The notes beneath the pieces are model-generated. The model was not told the DNA's origin. It saw only the letters and a program-made list of their open reading frames with translations, and did not search any database. This document shows positions 26,584 through 40,174 of a stretch of 64,000 nt of DNA, one piece after another. The translations under genes and the position numbers were made by a program. Positions within the stretch are counted from its first letter, which is position 1. Each line of letters begins with the position of its first letter. The stretch lies in sequence record OR844650.1, one strand, 5' to 3'.

Positions 26584-28319
26584 TTAATGCCCACTAGCTG
26601 GGAAGGTTTTAAACATATAGTGACATTGTACTAAATCATCGAACTTCAAGCCGAAGTCTTTAGTACCCATCAGTGTGTGGTAAAAATAATGCGAAATTGT
26701 ATTAGTTTCAGCGTCTTTAATATAGATACCAAATTCGGTACAGCAAAACTGAACAACTTCATTATAACTTTCTAACTTGGAAATTACAAGTACTTGATCA
26801 TAAGAATTTTTATCAAATCCAATGATGTACATTTCCTCTGTTTCTGGGTGTACAATCATCCCACCGCGAGAAATAATTTTCTCGAAGTTACTGCTCAAGT
26901 ACTGAATTGTTGAACTTAAGTTCATTTACAACTCCTTACGTATTACTCGTCCGGTAAGATGTTCATCTGTACAGAACTTCATTATAAATGCTTTTAGATG
27001 GAAGTCTTCTAAAATTCTATATGCTTGCTTTTTCATAACGACTTCCTTCTTCTCCACATCAACAATTATATCATGTTTCTCGTGAAGTTCCTGGATCATT
27101 TGATATGAATTCAAACTTAGTACGCTCATAACCACCAATGTCCTCCATCTCCCACAAAATTTGAACTGCCACTTCTAATTCGTGGTGAATTTGAAAATAA
27201 CCATTACTTGCAGTATAGATGTAGCCATTTTTAGTAATTGCATAACCCCACTTTTTACTTTGAGAATGCATCTCACGTTTCAACCCATAAGGTGATGGTG
27301 GCTTCTTGACTGGTTCTGGTTCTCGGTTTTCGTTGTAAATCTCTTGTTCGATTCGCAACGCTTTATGATATGAGTATACATGAATCAGGCGACAAAGTAC
27401 AATAGTAATGCAACAAATAATTGTAAATGTTATCAAGCTCATCAATTTGCCCTCTGCCTAGATACATATTCATTAATTGCATCTTCCAAATCATACCCTG
27501 ACATTTTTACATTATCAATTGAAACATGATATTTTTTCAGCACTTTTTGTCCAGCAGTGTTCTCCCATATAGACCCATCAGGCTCAATATGAACTTTATG
27601 GTTCAGGATGAAATCGAACATTTCTTCTTTTGATAAGTTTGCTTTACGGGTTTCAATGTGATTAGTATTAAGTAATTCACGAGTATGTTTAATGCCATAT
27701 TCAGTGTGCTCACCAACACTACGATGCAAAACTTTTAACTGCTCGGCAGCAGTATCTTCATCATAAACATGAATAGTTTCAGTACTATATAAAATATCCT
27801 GAATATTACCAGTACTCACTTCTGTCCATGTGTCTTTGAAATGCACTTTGATTGTTTTCATAAAAGCTCTTGTTAGTTATATGCAGTGAATAGATCAATA
27901 TTTTTATCATCTACACTGATTAATTTACCAGTTGAACTAACAAACACAATATTACCACCAGGGGTGATTTGAACACGCTGGTTTACTGAATATTGATCAC
28001 TAAGGTTATAATTAGCCCATTCAACTACATAACGCTGTTCAACACCGTTAGTATCATATAGATAAACGTGTGTAACGTCACGCATTTTTAAACGGTCTAA
28101 CAGTGTAGAGTTGTCCATGAAATCCGATGGTGTATTGCTGCGTAATGCAATACCGAACTCACCGATAACAGTACTAATTGTCAGTCCGTTTGAAAAACGG
28201 CTACAAAGAGTCTTCTCATCAGCAATATGCATCCATAAAACATTCTTTACATCAATATCAACAAATTCACAGTTTTCAAAAACCAAACCTACTTTGGAAA
28301 CTTTACCATTAAATTGCAT
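26584..28319 (-). other. Five hypothetical CDS (26584..26925, 26926..27129, 27071..27442 with N-terminal TM, 27442..27861, 27873..28319)
   Basis: Abutting ORFs of 67-148 aa. Confidence 0.65.
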
Positions 28320-28719
28320 TAGTAACTCCTATTTTTTTATATTTTAAAATTAAATCACTCACGGCTTTCATTAGCTTATATGGAATAGCTAACTCTTGAA
28401 CAGTACTTTCCATAAAATGTTCTTCTTCTGTATCATAAAATGTTGAACTATAGTGTTCACAATCATCTATACTATCATAAAAAGAAGACGTAAGTTTATC
28501 AACAATGACAGTGATTTGTTTGTCAGTTTTGGCACATCCTACCTGAACGGTTAATCCAATATCATCAGCCTCTACACGAATTATAAACGAATTATTAGTA
28601 TAGTTCAGCCAACAATCTTCACCAAAGTATACAACACTGTGTTTCTTCTGAAATGAAGTTGCGGTGTTAAGAACACCAATAACAACATCAACTGTTTTTT
28701 CATTTAAAATATTAGACAT
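28309..28719 (-). CDS. EExxFQxST-motif family protein
   Basis: TEEEHFMESTVQEL. Confidence 0.75.
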   Translation of the reverse strand: MSNILNEKTVDVVIGVLNTATSFQKKHSVVYFGEDCWLNYTNNSFIIRVEADDIGLTVQVGCAKTDKQITVIVDKLTSSFYDSIDDCEHYSSTFYDTEEEHFMESTVQELAIPYKLMKAVSDLILKYKKIGVTNAI

Positions 28720-29128
28720 TTTTATTCCTGCTTCGTATGTTTCGTGAAATCTCAAATATTCCATTCAACTGCTCAGCAGTTAAACCCTGTAAATCGTAAA
28801 CTGTTGATAGCTGAAAGAACATCTCTGAATCTATAGTATCATGTTCAATTGGAAGACTCAAGAGGTCTTTATTAATAAAATAATCATATGTTCGAATTGT
28901 CAAAGAATCACCAAAGATATCAATGTAAAATTTCGGAACATTATGTAACGAAACATCTATTAATATGTTTTCAGCATATCTACAAGAAATTTTAGAATTA
29001 TTTTTATAAGATTGGTATGAAAAATTATAAGGTTCATCGACCAATGTGTATGATGAGGTATCACCTTCGGAAAATATTACACCACATTCAATAAGATGTG
29101 TTAACGACTTAGGTGGAATTTTTAACAT
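28712..29128 (-). CDS. EExxFQxST-motif family protein
   Basis: DSEMFFQLSTVYDLQGLT. Confidence 0.75.
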   Translation of the reverse strand: MLKIPPKSLTHLIECGVIFSEGDTSSYTLVDEPYNFSYQSYKNNSKISCRYAENILIDVSLHNVPKFYIDIFGDSLTIRTYDYFINKDLLSLPIEHDTIDSEMFFQLSTVYDLQGLTAEQLNGIFEISRNIRSRNKNV

Positions 29129-29129
29129 T

Positions 29130-29558
29130 TCACTTCCCATCCTTACTCATATTACTACGGATCACCCCACTAAGAAAACATATTTTCCTTAATGTATCAT
29201 AACTGATATTTGTAAGATTATGTACAAAATTCAACTGCAAGTACATTTCTTCAGTTAATTGATTAAATGTATCATCAACATGAATGTTAGTATGTTCCGT
29301 TATATCTATTTCTATATTATTTTCCCAAATATCAATGCTAACAGCATAGTCTGATGTATGTCTGGATTGAACTGAAATAAAAATATTATTACTGTTGTAT
29401 AATGTCTCGGTGTATCCATTCAAAAATGATCCAACGACAACATCAAAAATGCCATCTCTAATTGGGTTTTTTGTTTCAAACGTATCACTACAAACTTGAC
29501 GGTATACAATGTCAACATACTTATCAATTAAAGTAAACAAATAACTCATTGCATTCAC
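29130..29558 (-). CDS. EExxFQxST-motif family protein
   Basis: TEEMYLQLNFVHNLTNIS. Confidence 0.7.
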   Translation of the reverse strand: MNAMSYLFTLIDKYVDIVYRQVCSDTFETKNPIRDGIFDVVVGSFLNGYTETLYNSNNIFISVQSRHTSDYAVSIDIWENNIEIDITEHTNIHVDDTFNQLTEEMYLQLNFVHNLTNISYDTLRKICFLSGVIRSNMSKDGK

Positions 29559-29567
29559 CTATATAAG

Positions 29568-29627
29568 AAAAAAGGCCGATTCATCGAATCAGCCTTAAGT
29601 ATAACACAGTAGAAGTTAAAAAGTCAA
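29568..29627 (-). promoter_or_regulatory. Promoter TTGACT-18-TATACT immediately followed by an intrinsic terminator
   Basis: -10 at 29598-29603; hairpin GGCTGATTC-gat-GAATCGGCC-T6 at 29568-29594. Confidence 0.7.
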
Positions 29628-29723
29628 CTTCTAAATTACAGCATCCAAGAGGAATAAAAAGATACTGTTAGAGGGTAACGAATATAATGAATTTGAGGGT
29701 AATATCATTATACGTAAAAAAGT

Positions 29724-29770
29724 GATAGCTTCTATACATAAGGAGGAATCAGTACTGACTAGAAGCTATC
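29724..29770 (-). other. 11-bp hairpin with CCTCCTTA and a TCAGTACTGA palindrome in the loop
   Basis: GATAGCTTCTA-gtcagtactgattcctccttatgta-TAGAAGCTATC on minus strand. Confidence 0.6.
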
Positions 29771-29783
29771 GGGTTAAACGATT

Positions 29784-30259
29784 TCAGTACTGAGTGTTTA
29801 GTTTAGGATGAGTATTTCCATCTTCGATTTGTTTTAGAATCGAGTCACGAATTTCTACTGCCCCTTGATAACTATATTTATCTTTTGGGATCACCCATGT
29901 ATATTCGCCATCAGTGGTTTTAAAATCAATACATGGATTATCCCTGTATTCAGATGCAATGATTGCAATAACATGTAATGAATTCAATGAATGATTTGTA
30001 TAAGGATAATTGTTATTATCTCTGAACGTGAATGTTTTAAGTTCATCAGGTGCAACAATGAATTCCATTATTCATCCTCGTACTTCTTGAATGGTGGAAC
30101 ATCTACCTTGAAGTCTTTGCACATCTTAGTTGTACGAACTTCAGTATTGTTGTGATAATTTTTCTTAAATTCATAAGAAACATAATTACGAATACCAGGT
30201 GTATGAATAATAGCAAGAACCAATGTACGACCAAACAAGCATAATAAATTCCAGAACAT
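29784..30259 (-). other. Two hypothetical CDS (29784..30068, 30068..30259)
   Basis: Abutting ORFs. Confidence 0.65.
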
Positions 30260-30268
30260 ATGAATCTC

Positions 30269-30634
30269 CTAATTGTGGGTTTTAACCAAACGTGAGACAG
30301 CTAGTATAGCATTAACCTCATCCAATGTCAACCCACCAATGTCATTAATCATTGAGTACTGAAATAGTGATTCTTCAGTGTAATGGTAATCATGAGAAGC
30401 AATAAAGATTGCTGGTTTAGATGCATCCAAAATTATCTTTGTCATTGTACTATATATATCAAATTGATATAATAGATTTTCACCTGTATATGCTACGTAG
30501 ATATTATTTGAATAGGCTGGATGCACCATTGTAAAACCATCATAACATAATATTTTTATGTTCGGATCGTCAAAATTGCCTGTATAAAGGTTATTACAAA
30601 CATCTTGCATTATACGTACTATTAGACTAGTCAT
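30269..30634 (-). CDS. EExxFQxST-motif family protein
   Basis: TEESLFQYSMINDIGGLT. Confidence 0.75.
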   Translation of the reverse strand: MTSLIVRIMQDVCNNLYTGNFDDPNIKILCYDGFTMVHPAYSNNIYVAYTGENLLYQFDIYSTMTKIILDASKPAIFIASHDYHYTEESLFQYSMINDIGGLTLDEVNAILAVSRLVKTHN

Positions 30635-31052
30635 TTAACGGATTTAATACCTCTTCTGGAATCAATCTTTGAACTTTAAGGATAGCACTAATGTCATCAA
30701 ATGTTAATCCTAATGTGTTGTTAACGAGGCAGTACTGGAAGAATTTTTCTTCAGTATCAATATCGTTAACATTCAATTCAATTGATTCGTCATCATAATC
30801 ATAATCTTCATTATCACATTCATAACTTCTGAATATAACTTTTTCAAAATACACATCAAATGAATAAAAATGATTATTGAATTCATAACCAAGAAAAATA
30901 TTAAAACATTTACTCAAATCTGTGGTTTGATTCAAATCTGGATCATAGCAAAATACTCTAACTTCACCAATATCTTCTAATTGTACATCATGCAATGACC
31001 ATGCGTTGTTTTTTAATACATAGTTCACCATTCTAACAATGTTGTATTTCAT
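30627..31052 (-). CDS. EExxFQxST-motif family protein
   Basis: TEEKFFQYCLVNNTLGLT. Confidence 0.75.
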   Translation of the reverse strand: MKYNIVRMVNYVLKNNAWSLHDVQLEDIGEVRVFCYDPDLNQTTDLSKCFNIFLGYEFNNHFYSFDVYFEKVIFRSYECDNEDYDYDDESIELNVNDIDTEEKFFQYCLVNNTLGLTFDDISAILKVQRLIPEEVLNPLND

Positions 31053-31058
31053 AGTGTA

Positions 31059-31148
<90 letters not shown>

Positions 31149-31160
31149 AGAAGTAAGATA

Positions 31161-31261
<101 letters not shown>

Positions 31262-31316
31262 GCCAAGTGTCGGCATAGGTGCAGCACTACAAAGTACTTC
31301 AAGCTGTTTGGCAGTC

Positions 31317-31403
<87 letters not shown>

Positions 31404-31405
31404 TA

Positions 31406-32218
<813 letters not shown>

Positions 32219-32239
32219 TTATACCTCTCATTGTTTATG

Positions 32240-32311
<72 letters not shown>

Positions 32312-32315
32312 TAAT

Positions 32316-32923
<608 letters not shown>

Positions 32924-32974
32924 ATAAACCTCACTATACGTAACTTACACCATATACGTCTGATTGTGGAATTC

Positions 32975-32999
32975 ATTATATCAGTACTGAACTATTTAG

Positions 33000-33003
<4 letters not shown>
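32975..33003 (-). promoter_or_regulatory. Repeated promoter, copy 2 (TTGACT-17-TATAAT)
   Basis: 23-bp identity with copies 1 and 3. Confidence 0.85.
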
Positions 33004-33413
<410 letters not shown>

Positions 33414-33421
33414 CTTTTTTT

Positions 33422-33583
<162 letters not shown>

Positions 33584-33587
<4 letters not shown>

Positions 33588-33744
33588 AATCGTACCAGTA
33601 GTTCAATTAAGTACATTTCATATGCTGGATCGTTGATAAGTTTATCATACAGATGTGGCTCTGAAATGAATTCCCAATGATACTTTAGCCATCTACCGAT
33701 ACCCGAATATCTAAAATTAATGTCATTCATCCATTCTTCATGTG

Positions 33745-33748
<4 letters not shown>
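33584..33748 (-). CDS. MTHEEW-family microprotein, 54 aa (not in ORF track)
   Basis: MTHEEWMNDINFRYSGIGRWLKYHWEFISEPHLYDKLINDPAYEMYLIELLVRL; ATGA overlap. Confidence 0.8.
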
Positions 33749-33909
<161 letters not shown>

Positions 33910-33932
33910 GGTTTTTAACCTTTAATTAAAAT

Positions 33933-34009
33933 TGGCCGAGGTAGAGGGACTTGAACCCCCAACCTAGAGATTAGAATTCTCTTGCACTATCCAATTGTGC
34001 TATACCCCG
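33933..34009 (-). tRNA. tRNA-Arg(UCU), CCA encoded
   Basis: AGAGA-AT-TCT-AA-TCTCT; cloverleaf. Confidence 0.85.
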
Positions 34010-34013
34010 TATT

Positions 34014-34129
<116 letters not shown>

Positions 34130-34162
34130 ATGTTATGTCCCATTATATAATGAATTAATGAT

Positions 34163-34489
34163 TTATGCAAGTGCTTTAGATACACCGACACCAATAATTC
34201 CAGTGATATCGATATGGATATTGGCAAGTTGATTACTATCATATGGGTTTGTTTCTGTAATAACCAATGTTGTATCATTGACTAAAACCACAGTACCTTT
34301 TACACGATAACCATGTAGTAGTACTTGAACCTCATCTTCAGGTTTTAATGATTGAATAACTTCAAATAAAGTTGTTTCCATTTTTTGTATTCCTTGTTTA
34401 GTTTTGATTATTTGACTTTCTAAATGCCAGTTCGCATATAAACCAGGGTTTTCTGGTATCCAAAACATATGACCTGAAAAGATTTTCAT
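34163..34489 (-). CDS. hypothetical protein; true start probably internal (METTL)
   Basis: ORF; AAGGA SD before METT. Confidence 0.55.
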   Translation of the reverse strand: MKIFSGHMFWIPENPGLYANWHLESQIIKTKQGIQKMETTLFEVIQSLKPEDEVQVLLHGYRVKGTVVLVNDTTLVITETNPYDSNQLANIHIDITGIIGVGVSKALA

Positions 34490-34580
34490 CTCTTAATATA
34501 TCATAATGTACCTGACGAATGCCATTCCCAAAGCAGTCATGTTCTTTATGCTGTTTGGACATCCATTCTTCGTGTGTCAT
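34398..34580 (-). CDS. MTHEEW-family microprotein
   Basis: MTHEEWMSKQHKEHDCFGNGIRQVHYDILRD..WFICELAFR. Confidence 0.75.
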   Translation of the reverse strand: MTHEEWMSKQHKEHDCFGNGIRQVHYDILRDENLFRSYVLDTRKPWFICELAFRKSNNQN

Positions 34581-34581
34581 T

Positions 34582-34917
<336 letters not shown>

Positions 34918-34922
34918 TCTTA

Positions 34923-35099
34923 CTATTTTTTATCTCTAATAGCAAGCTCGTAGATGAACCAGTGGTTGGAATCTTCGTCCAAAACCAATGATTCGAACGT
35001 TTTTTTATCGTTCAAAACATCATAATGGCCTTGGCGTATACCAAATCCAAAATGATCATGTTTATATTTTAGTGACTCTATCCATTCTTCATGTGTCAT
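34923..35099 (-). CDS. MTHEEW-family microprotein
   Basis: MTHEEWIESLKYKHDHFGFGIRQGHYDVLND..WFIYELAIRDKK. Confidence 0.75.
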   Translation of the reverse strand: MTHEEWIESLKYKHDHFGFGIRQGHYDVLNDKKTFESLVLDEDSNHWFIYELAIRDKK

Positions 35100-35100
35100 T

Positions 35101-35167
35101 TTATGTATCCAGTTCAATTAAGTGTTTCATTTATTCTTCTGTAAAGAAAGCATTGCAATGGACAATG
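35101..35167 (-). pseudogene. Remnant of the 3' end of 34582..34797, with premature stop
   Basis: FFTEE*MKHLIELDT versus FFTKEEMQHLIVLDT. Confidence 0.7.
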
Positions 35168-35177
35168 GAAAAGGTTA

Positions 35178-35357
35178 TTATATTTTTTTGTCTCTAACCG
35201 CAAGCTCATAGATGAACCAACGATTTCCATTCTCATCTAGTACATATGATTCGAACTTATATTTGTCTCGTAAAATATCGAAATGACCATCAATAAATCC
35301 ATTTCCAAACTGGTCATAACGTTTTTTCATCATTGCCATCCATTCTTCATGTGTCAT
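35178..35357 (-). CDS. MTHEEW-family microprotein, 59 aa (not in ORF track)
   Basis: MTHEEWMAMMKKRYDQFGNGFIDGHFDILRD..WFIYELAVRDKKI. Confidence 0.8.
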   Translation of the reverse strand: MTHEEWMAMMKKRYDQFGNGFIDGHFDILRDKYKFESYVLDENGNRWFIYELAVRDKKI

Positions 35358-35539
35358 CTCTTAATATCCATAACGGCTATACTAAAATATGTACCAAAAT
35401 CATCACAATTGATAATGTTGTTATAGTACTCAATTGGGTTACGCAATGATATATACAATTCAAGCTTAAAATAGTATATATCTGCTGCATTTATATTATA
35501 GTGTAGATTAAACCACTCATCAAATGTCTTAGGCTGCAT
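35354..35539 (-). CDS. divergent MTHEEW-like microprotein
   Basis: MQPKTFDEWF...FSIAVMDIKR. Confidence 0.6.
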   Translation of the reverse strand: MQPKTFDEWFNLHYNINAADIYYFKLELYISLRNPIEYYNNIINCDDFGTYFSIAVMDIKR

Positions 35540-35933
35540 TATATTTATCTTTATAAAAATCCATGATTTTAGTCAACAGTACTGCAATCGTATAATCTAA
35601 ATCAGGATAAAGTAAATTGTACTGAAATTCTTCCTCAACACTATAGTTAGTGGTACAGTACTGGTAATCTTTATAACCTATTGAAAAATAATTCGGATAC
35701 AATGTACAACGAAAGCGATAAGCTTCATCTGTCATATAATCATTGTATTCAACACAGAAGTATAGTGATTTTGAATTTAATTCGATAAGCTCCACGAAAC
35801 CATCTGGTAATGAATGATTATAAATGGTATTATCATTATTAAACCATTCATAATATTTTTCTAAAAAATCACTAATAGATACATCAAGACTTTGTATAGG
35901 TGGAGTTATGATAATTTGAACTTCGTTATTCAT
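35529..35933 (-). CDS. EExxFQxST-motif family protein
   Basis: SVEEEFQYNLLYPDL. Confidence 0.7.
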   Translation of the reverse strand: MNNEVQIIITPPIQSLDVSISDFLEKYYEWFNNDNTIYNHSLPDGFVELIELNSKSLYFCVEYNDYMTDEAYRFRCTLYPNYFSIGYKDYQYCTTNYSVEEEFQYNLLYPDLDYTIAVLLTKIMDFYKDKYNAA

Positions 35934-36418
35934 TTTCTCCCCTTATTATATTTTACATATGGGTTATCATAAAGATCATAACTTTTCTGAGCACGTTCTT
36001 TTTTGCGTTCATACATAATTCTATCATACTCCTTCGCTTTCCCATTTGCTTCATTATACAGTTTTAAAATTAGCAAAAATGTATCAAGGTCAGGGTAGTT
36101 TGCTGGATTGATAGTACTTAACATAAATCGTTCTTCTTCAGTTCTAGCAACATCAAACTCATACTTAATAGTTTTATACCCACTCCATTTATATGTGTGT
36201 ATTACTTTGTTAGTAAGTACATTATATTCAACGAAATCAGTACTACCATCAAGTACACGAGTAATCTTAATAGATGTACCAATGACAATCTGTACAGAAC
36301 TCATTTCTGAAGTTTTAAAGTAATAAATGTTATTACGGCGAAGATTAACTTCTCGATCTCCAATGCGAACATGCTTAATAACTTCCATTAATGGTTCTGG
36401 TACACCACGAATTGGCAT
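35930..36418 (-). CDS. EExxFQxST-motif family protein
   Basis: TEEERFMLSTINP. Confidence 0.7.
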   Translation of the reverse strand: MPIRGVPEPLMEVIKHVRIGDREVNLRRNNIYYFKTSEMSSVQIVIGTSIKITRVLDGSTDFVEYNVLTNKVIHTYKWSGYKTIKYEFDVARTEEERFMLSTINPANYPDLDTFLLILKLYNEANGKAKEYDRIMYERKKERAQKSYDLYDNPYVKYNKGRK

Positions 36419-36419
36419 G

Positions 36420-36638
36420 TTAATGCTCCTTTTTAATTCTATACATTTTAACAGCACTGGTTTCCCAAAAGTCACCATCTAAGTTGCTGAATTTATATAT
36501 AGTTTCGAGATTTTCACCATCAAACGAAAACAACACAACATCTTCTTGTACAGTGCCGTTATGTAACATGATATCATAAACTTCATTTCTTACAAATAAT
36601 TCTTTGGCCTTAGAAATATCAAAATCAATAAATTTCAT
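36420..36638 (-). CDS. hypothetical protein
   Basis: ORF, AGGAGGA SD. Confidence 0.7.
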   Translation of the reverse strand: MKFIDFDISKAKELFVRNEVYDIMLHNGTVQEDVVLFSFDGENLETIYKFSNLDGDFWETSAVKMYRIKKEH

Positions 36639-36686
36639 ATATCCTCCTATTATCATTATTTGTATTATATCAGAGTTTCATTGCAT

Positions 36687-37079
36687 CTACCAGCATGTTT
36701 TCATAACTTCTGTGATGTGATTCATTTTATCTTTAAGTACGTAAGGGATGCAAATTTCACCTGGGCTTAACGTTGTGTTCTTTTGAAACTCATCTTCTTC
36801 GGAATCAGCCAGGTAAAATGGGTGTGTCACAAAGGTATCATCAACTGGACGATTATGTGGTTTCATTAATGCATCATGATTGACAAAATAATAAGCATCA
36901 ATATCAGGACGGAAATACAAACAATCAACCTTAATGCACGGGTGTAACCATAAGGACAAAGAATATGTTATTTGGTTACCAATTTGTCTTGGGCCTGATG
37001 CAATTGTATTGATGTTATTTTTATCTTGTACCATTTCATAAATGAAATCTATCATTTCGTGTAGTTCTGATTCAGTCAT
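36687..37079 (-). CDS. EExxFQxST-motif family protein
   Basis: DSEEDEFQKNTTL. Confidence 0.7.
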   Translation of the reverse strand: MTESELHEMIDFIYEMVQDKNNINTIASGPRQIGNQITYSLSLWLHPCIKVDCLYFRPDIDAYYFVNHDALMKPHNRPVDDTFVTHPFYLADSEEDEFQKNTTLSPGEICIPYVLKDKMNHITEVMKTCW

Positions 37080-37090
37080 TTTATTTCCTT

Positions 37091-37120
37091 AAAAAAATAC
37101 CCAGTACTTGACTGGGTATT
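37091..37120 (-). terminator. intrinsic terminator
   Basis: AATACCCAGT/ACTGGGTATT 10-bp stem plus T-tract. Confidence 0.75.
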
Positions 37121-37133
37121 TACAAAGTAACGT

Positions 37134-37283
37134 TTAATCAGATTTCTTTTCGTAATCTGTAAAAACAGTCAGGATTGTTGCACATAGTGAATCAACTACT
37201 GATGCACGTGTGTTATCAAGGTCTTTAGCTAGTGCTTGAATCTCTTGAAGTTTTACTACTAAGTCGATTTTTTGATTACTCAT
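37134..37283 (-). CDS. 49-aa hypothetical protein (not in ORF track)
   Basis: MSNQKIDLVVKLQEIQALAKDLDN...; AGGAG SD. Confidence 0.6.
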   Translation of the reverse strand: MSNQKIDLVVKLQEIQALAKDLDNTRASVVDSLCATILTVFTDYEKKSD

Positions 37284-37305
37284 TACTTCTCCTATTGGAT
37301 GTTTT

Positions 37306-39341
37306 TTAGATATTAATTTTTATACCACTAAGGTCTAGAACTTTTTTATTAGATACTGTTTCTGATTCTAATTTAGTTTCTTTTACCTCAGTGTTAATAT
37401 TTACGTCATCTTTGAGAATATCAGGGATAATACCATGTTGAATATCATCGTACATAGAAACAACGGTTTCGGCACAAGATAACATTTCACGAACTTTGTA
37501 CTGATAACCCTGTGGTAACTCATTGATGATTTCCATAATATCTAGTAATTTAGTTTGGACATCAATAAGAATTTTTCTTGATTTTTCTGGTTCCATTACT
37601 CCAACTCCACAACATTACTTTTTTTGGATTTAATCACTGATGGTGGCTCATTAACGCTTGTTTGACCACGAAGTGATTTTTCCAACGCAATGATGCGTTT
37701 TAAAGTTTTTATTGATGGTCGCTTCTTCGTCAACTCAGCTTTTGCTTCTGAATAATATTTTCTTACATATCCATAGGCATAATATTTTGAACCAATGAAA
37801 ATTTCAGCAACTACTGGATTTGAGTATTGTGTATCAATTCCATCTAGATCCGTGTCAACCGAGTAGAATGAAATATTTGTATCACATGCTGAAATTTTAG
37901 CCACCAAAAGATTTGCATCGAACTTATCTAAAATTAGAGAAATTGTTTTTTCGGCATCAGCACTATATGGCATAGCAGACATTAAAAGTTGGAATGTCTT
38001 AAAGTACTTACTTCCACTAATCATGGTATTGAAAATCAATCCAATGGTGATTAATGCAAGTGTACCAATACACACAAACAAAAACCAATATTCAACACTC
38101 ATTTATAAATCCTCTTACTTTATATGATTAAAATGCCCCATCAAAAATGATGAGGCGGTAAGATAAATTACTTACGATTTGCTTTACGCAGTTCAGATAG
38201 TTCTTCTTGAAGACTTTTCTTCCATGCAATCAAGTGAGCAAAACGGATTGGCCTTGCACCAGTACCGTGGAATACTGCTAGAGCTTCTTCTGCTTGATGA
38301 ATCTGGAATTGAATGTAGTTCACAGTGCGGTCGAAGTCGGTGATATCTAGTACTTGTGCGTTAGTTTCTTTAGCCATTTTAATACCCTTTTATTTCTTTT
38401 TTATGAAAAACCCTCATCATTGAGGAATGGTTTGCATTTTAATATCTGCCGATAACAAACATTATATCACAATATCTGTTCTTGTCCAATTTTTAATTAT
38501 TAGAAAGAACAATTTTTGAAACTGGTAAATCTGTATCATTTACACGTTGTTCATTATATCCATTCTGTACAAGAATGTCAATAACTTTAGACTTATCAAT
38601 TGTAAATGATTCTAACATATCATATCGGTAATAACCAATAGTCTGACTGAACTCATATTTTCCTGGCTGTTGACGACAACACGTATTTGTTTCAGCCATA
38701 ATCTTATTGATTAGGTAATATGTTTCAGTACTATCAATATTTGGAATATAGATCTTATCATCAAAATGAATTACTTCATGTTTATTCATAGAGTGATTCA
38801 ATCTCCGCTTTAAGAATGGAAATGATCTCTTTCTGAAGGCCAGTAATTTCACTGTTCAAAGATGATAGTCGCTTCGATAATGCCATGAATTGCTTTGCAT
38901 CTTCTTTAGAACGGTCATTTCGTACTTTATCAGAACTCCAGTTAGCATATGATTGCTCATCTTTCCTGTTAAGGATATCCCAGTCTAAACGTACTAGTTT
39001 ACGTTCTTTCTTCAGTTCGCTTAAGCGAGATTTCATTTCGTCTTTAGTCATTAGATTGTTCCTTTCATGAAGTCTGGAATAACGATTACGATAGGAGGAT
39101 TATACTCTACATAACCATTTTTTGTCAATAGACTTTTAATATCTGAAATCACATTATCATGCTGTTCAATATCTTTATCACAAAAGATTTCCAATTCTTT
39201 CTGAAACGGTTTTTTAACCGAGATGTTTTGAGTCAGTGTTTGGATTCTCTGTAACATATCAATTGGATCTGGACTGAACTCATTACCAACATAAAGAGTA
39301 CCAGATGCATCTTTTTCTAGCAAGACTTCTAAAATTTTCAT
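37306..39341 (-). other. Six hypothetical CDS (37306..37596, 37596..38102 membrane-anchored, 38168..38377, 38493..38852, 38782..39051, 39051..39341)
   Basis: Co-oriented ORFs of 69-168 aa. Confidence 0.65.
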
Positions 39342-40174
39342 TTCGTATCCTTCAATTTACTAAAGTTTTCTCGTGTAAATCCAGGAACTGGAAAATATAC
39401 ATCACAGTCAACATCAGGATTCATAATTACCATGTCATTACATATTATATCACGAATTTTACTGCCGTCCACGATTTTTTGCATTAAATCATTCCATTTT
39501 TTACGAGAAATAACGAATGTACTAATTATACATAAATCATGTCCACATTTTGAAATATATCCTAGTACTTCATTATCGTAAACAACACGTATGGTAACTT
39601 TTCCAATTGTAACCCCTCTTACTGGATTAATACTAGTATCTTCAAAAATTAATTCTAATTTAAGTTTACCATTCGAAATAAGTGATGAAGTATATCTAGA
39701 AACCATTTTATCAATTTCTTGAGTCAAATCATCTCTATTTAGATATTCAAATACAGAATAAGTTAATTCGTCTGCACCTAGTTCTTGGATAGTTGGAAGC
39801 TGTGACACCATATCCAAAGATACAGGTTCGATATATATTCTTTCAATATCAGAAGATTGTACAAATAGACAACCATCAGGTGTCGTATCTCTAACAATTT
39901 CGGCATAATATGTATAAAGATAAAAAACATTAGACTCTGATGAGTCAGTTTCTACCCAAATCTCAGATTGTTTCATTTCATCTTTATGAAGAATTCGTTG
40001 AGTAAATCCTATGTAAAAACCAAGATATAAATCATCATCAGTTTCAAACGGATTAAACATCAAATACGGATATTTGTCAAGGTACTCATTGAACTTACGC
40101 TGTACATCTCTATCACAATCCATGATATACTTTCGGAATTCAGAAATGATTATTTTTTCTAATGACATAATCAA
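39338..40174 (-). CDS. hypothetical protein, 278 aa
   Basis: Long ORF in operon. Confidence 0.75.
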   Translation of the reverse strand: MIMSLEKIIISEFRKYIMDCDRDVQRKFNEYLDKYPYLMFNPFETDDDLYLGFYIGFTQRILHKDEMKQSEIWVETDSSESNVFYLYTYYAEIVRDTTPDGCLFVQSSDIERIYIEPVSLDMVSQLPTIQELGADELTYSVFEYLNRDDLTQEIDKMVSRYTSSLISNGKLKLELIFEDTSINPVRGVTIGKVTIRVVYDNEVLGYISKCGHDLCIISTFVISRKKWNDLMQKIVDGSKIRDIICNDMVIMNPDVDCDVYFPVPGFTRENFSKLKDTK

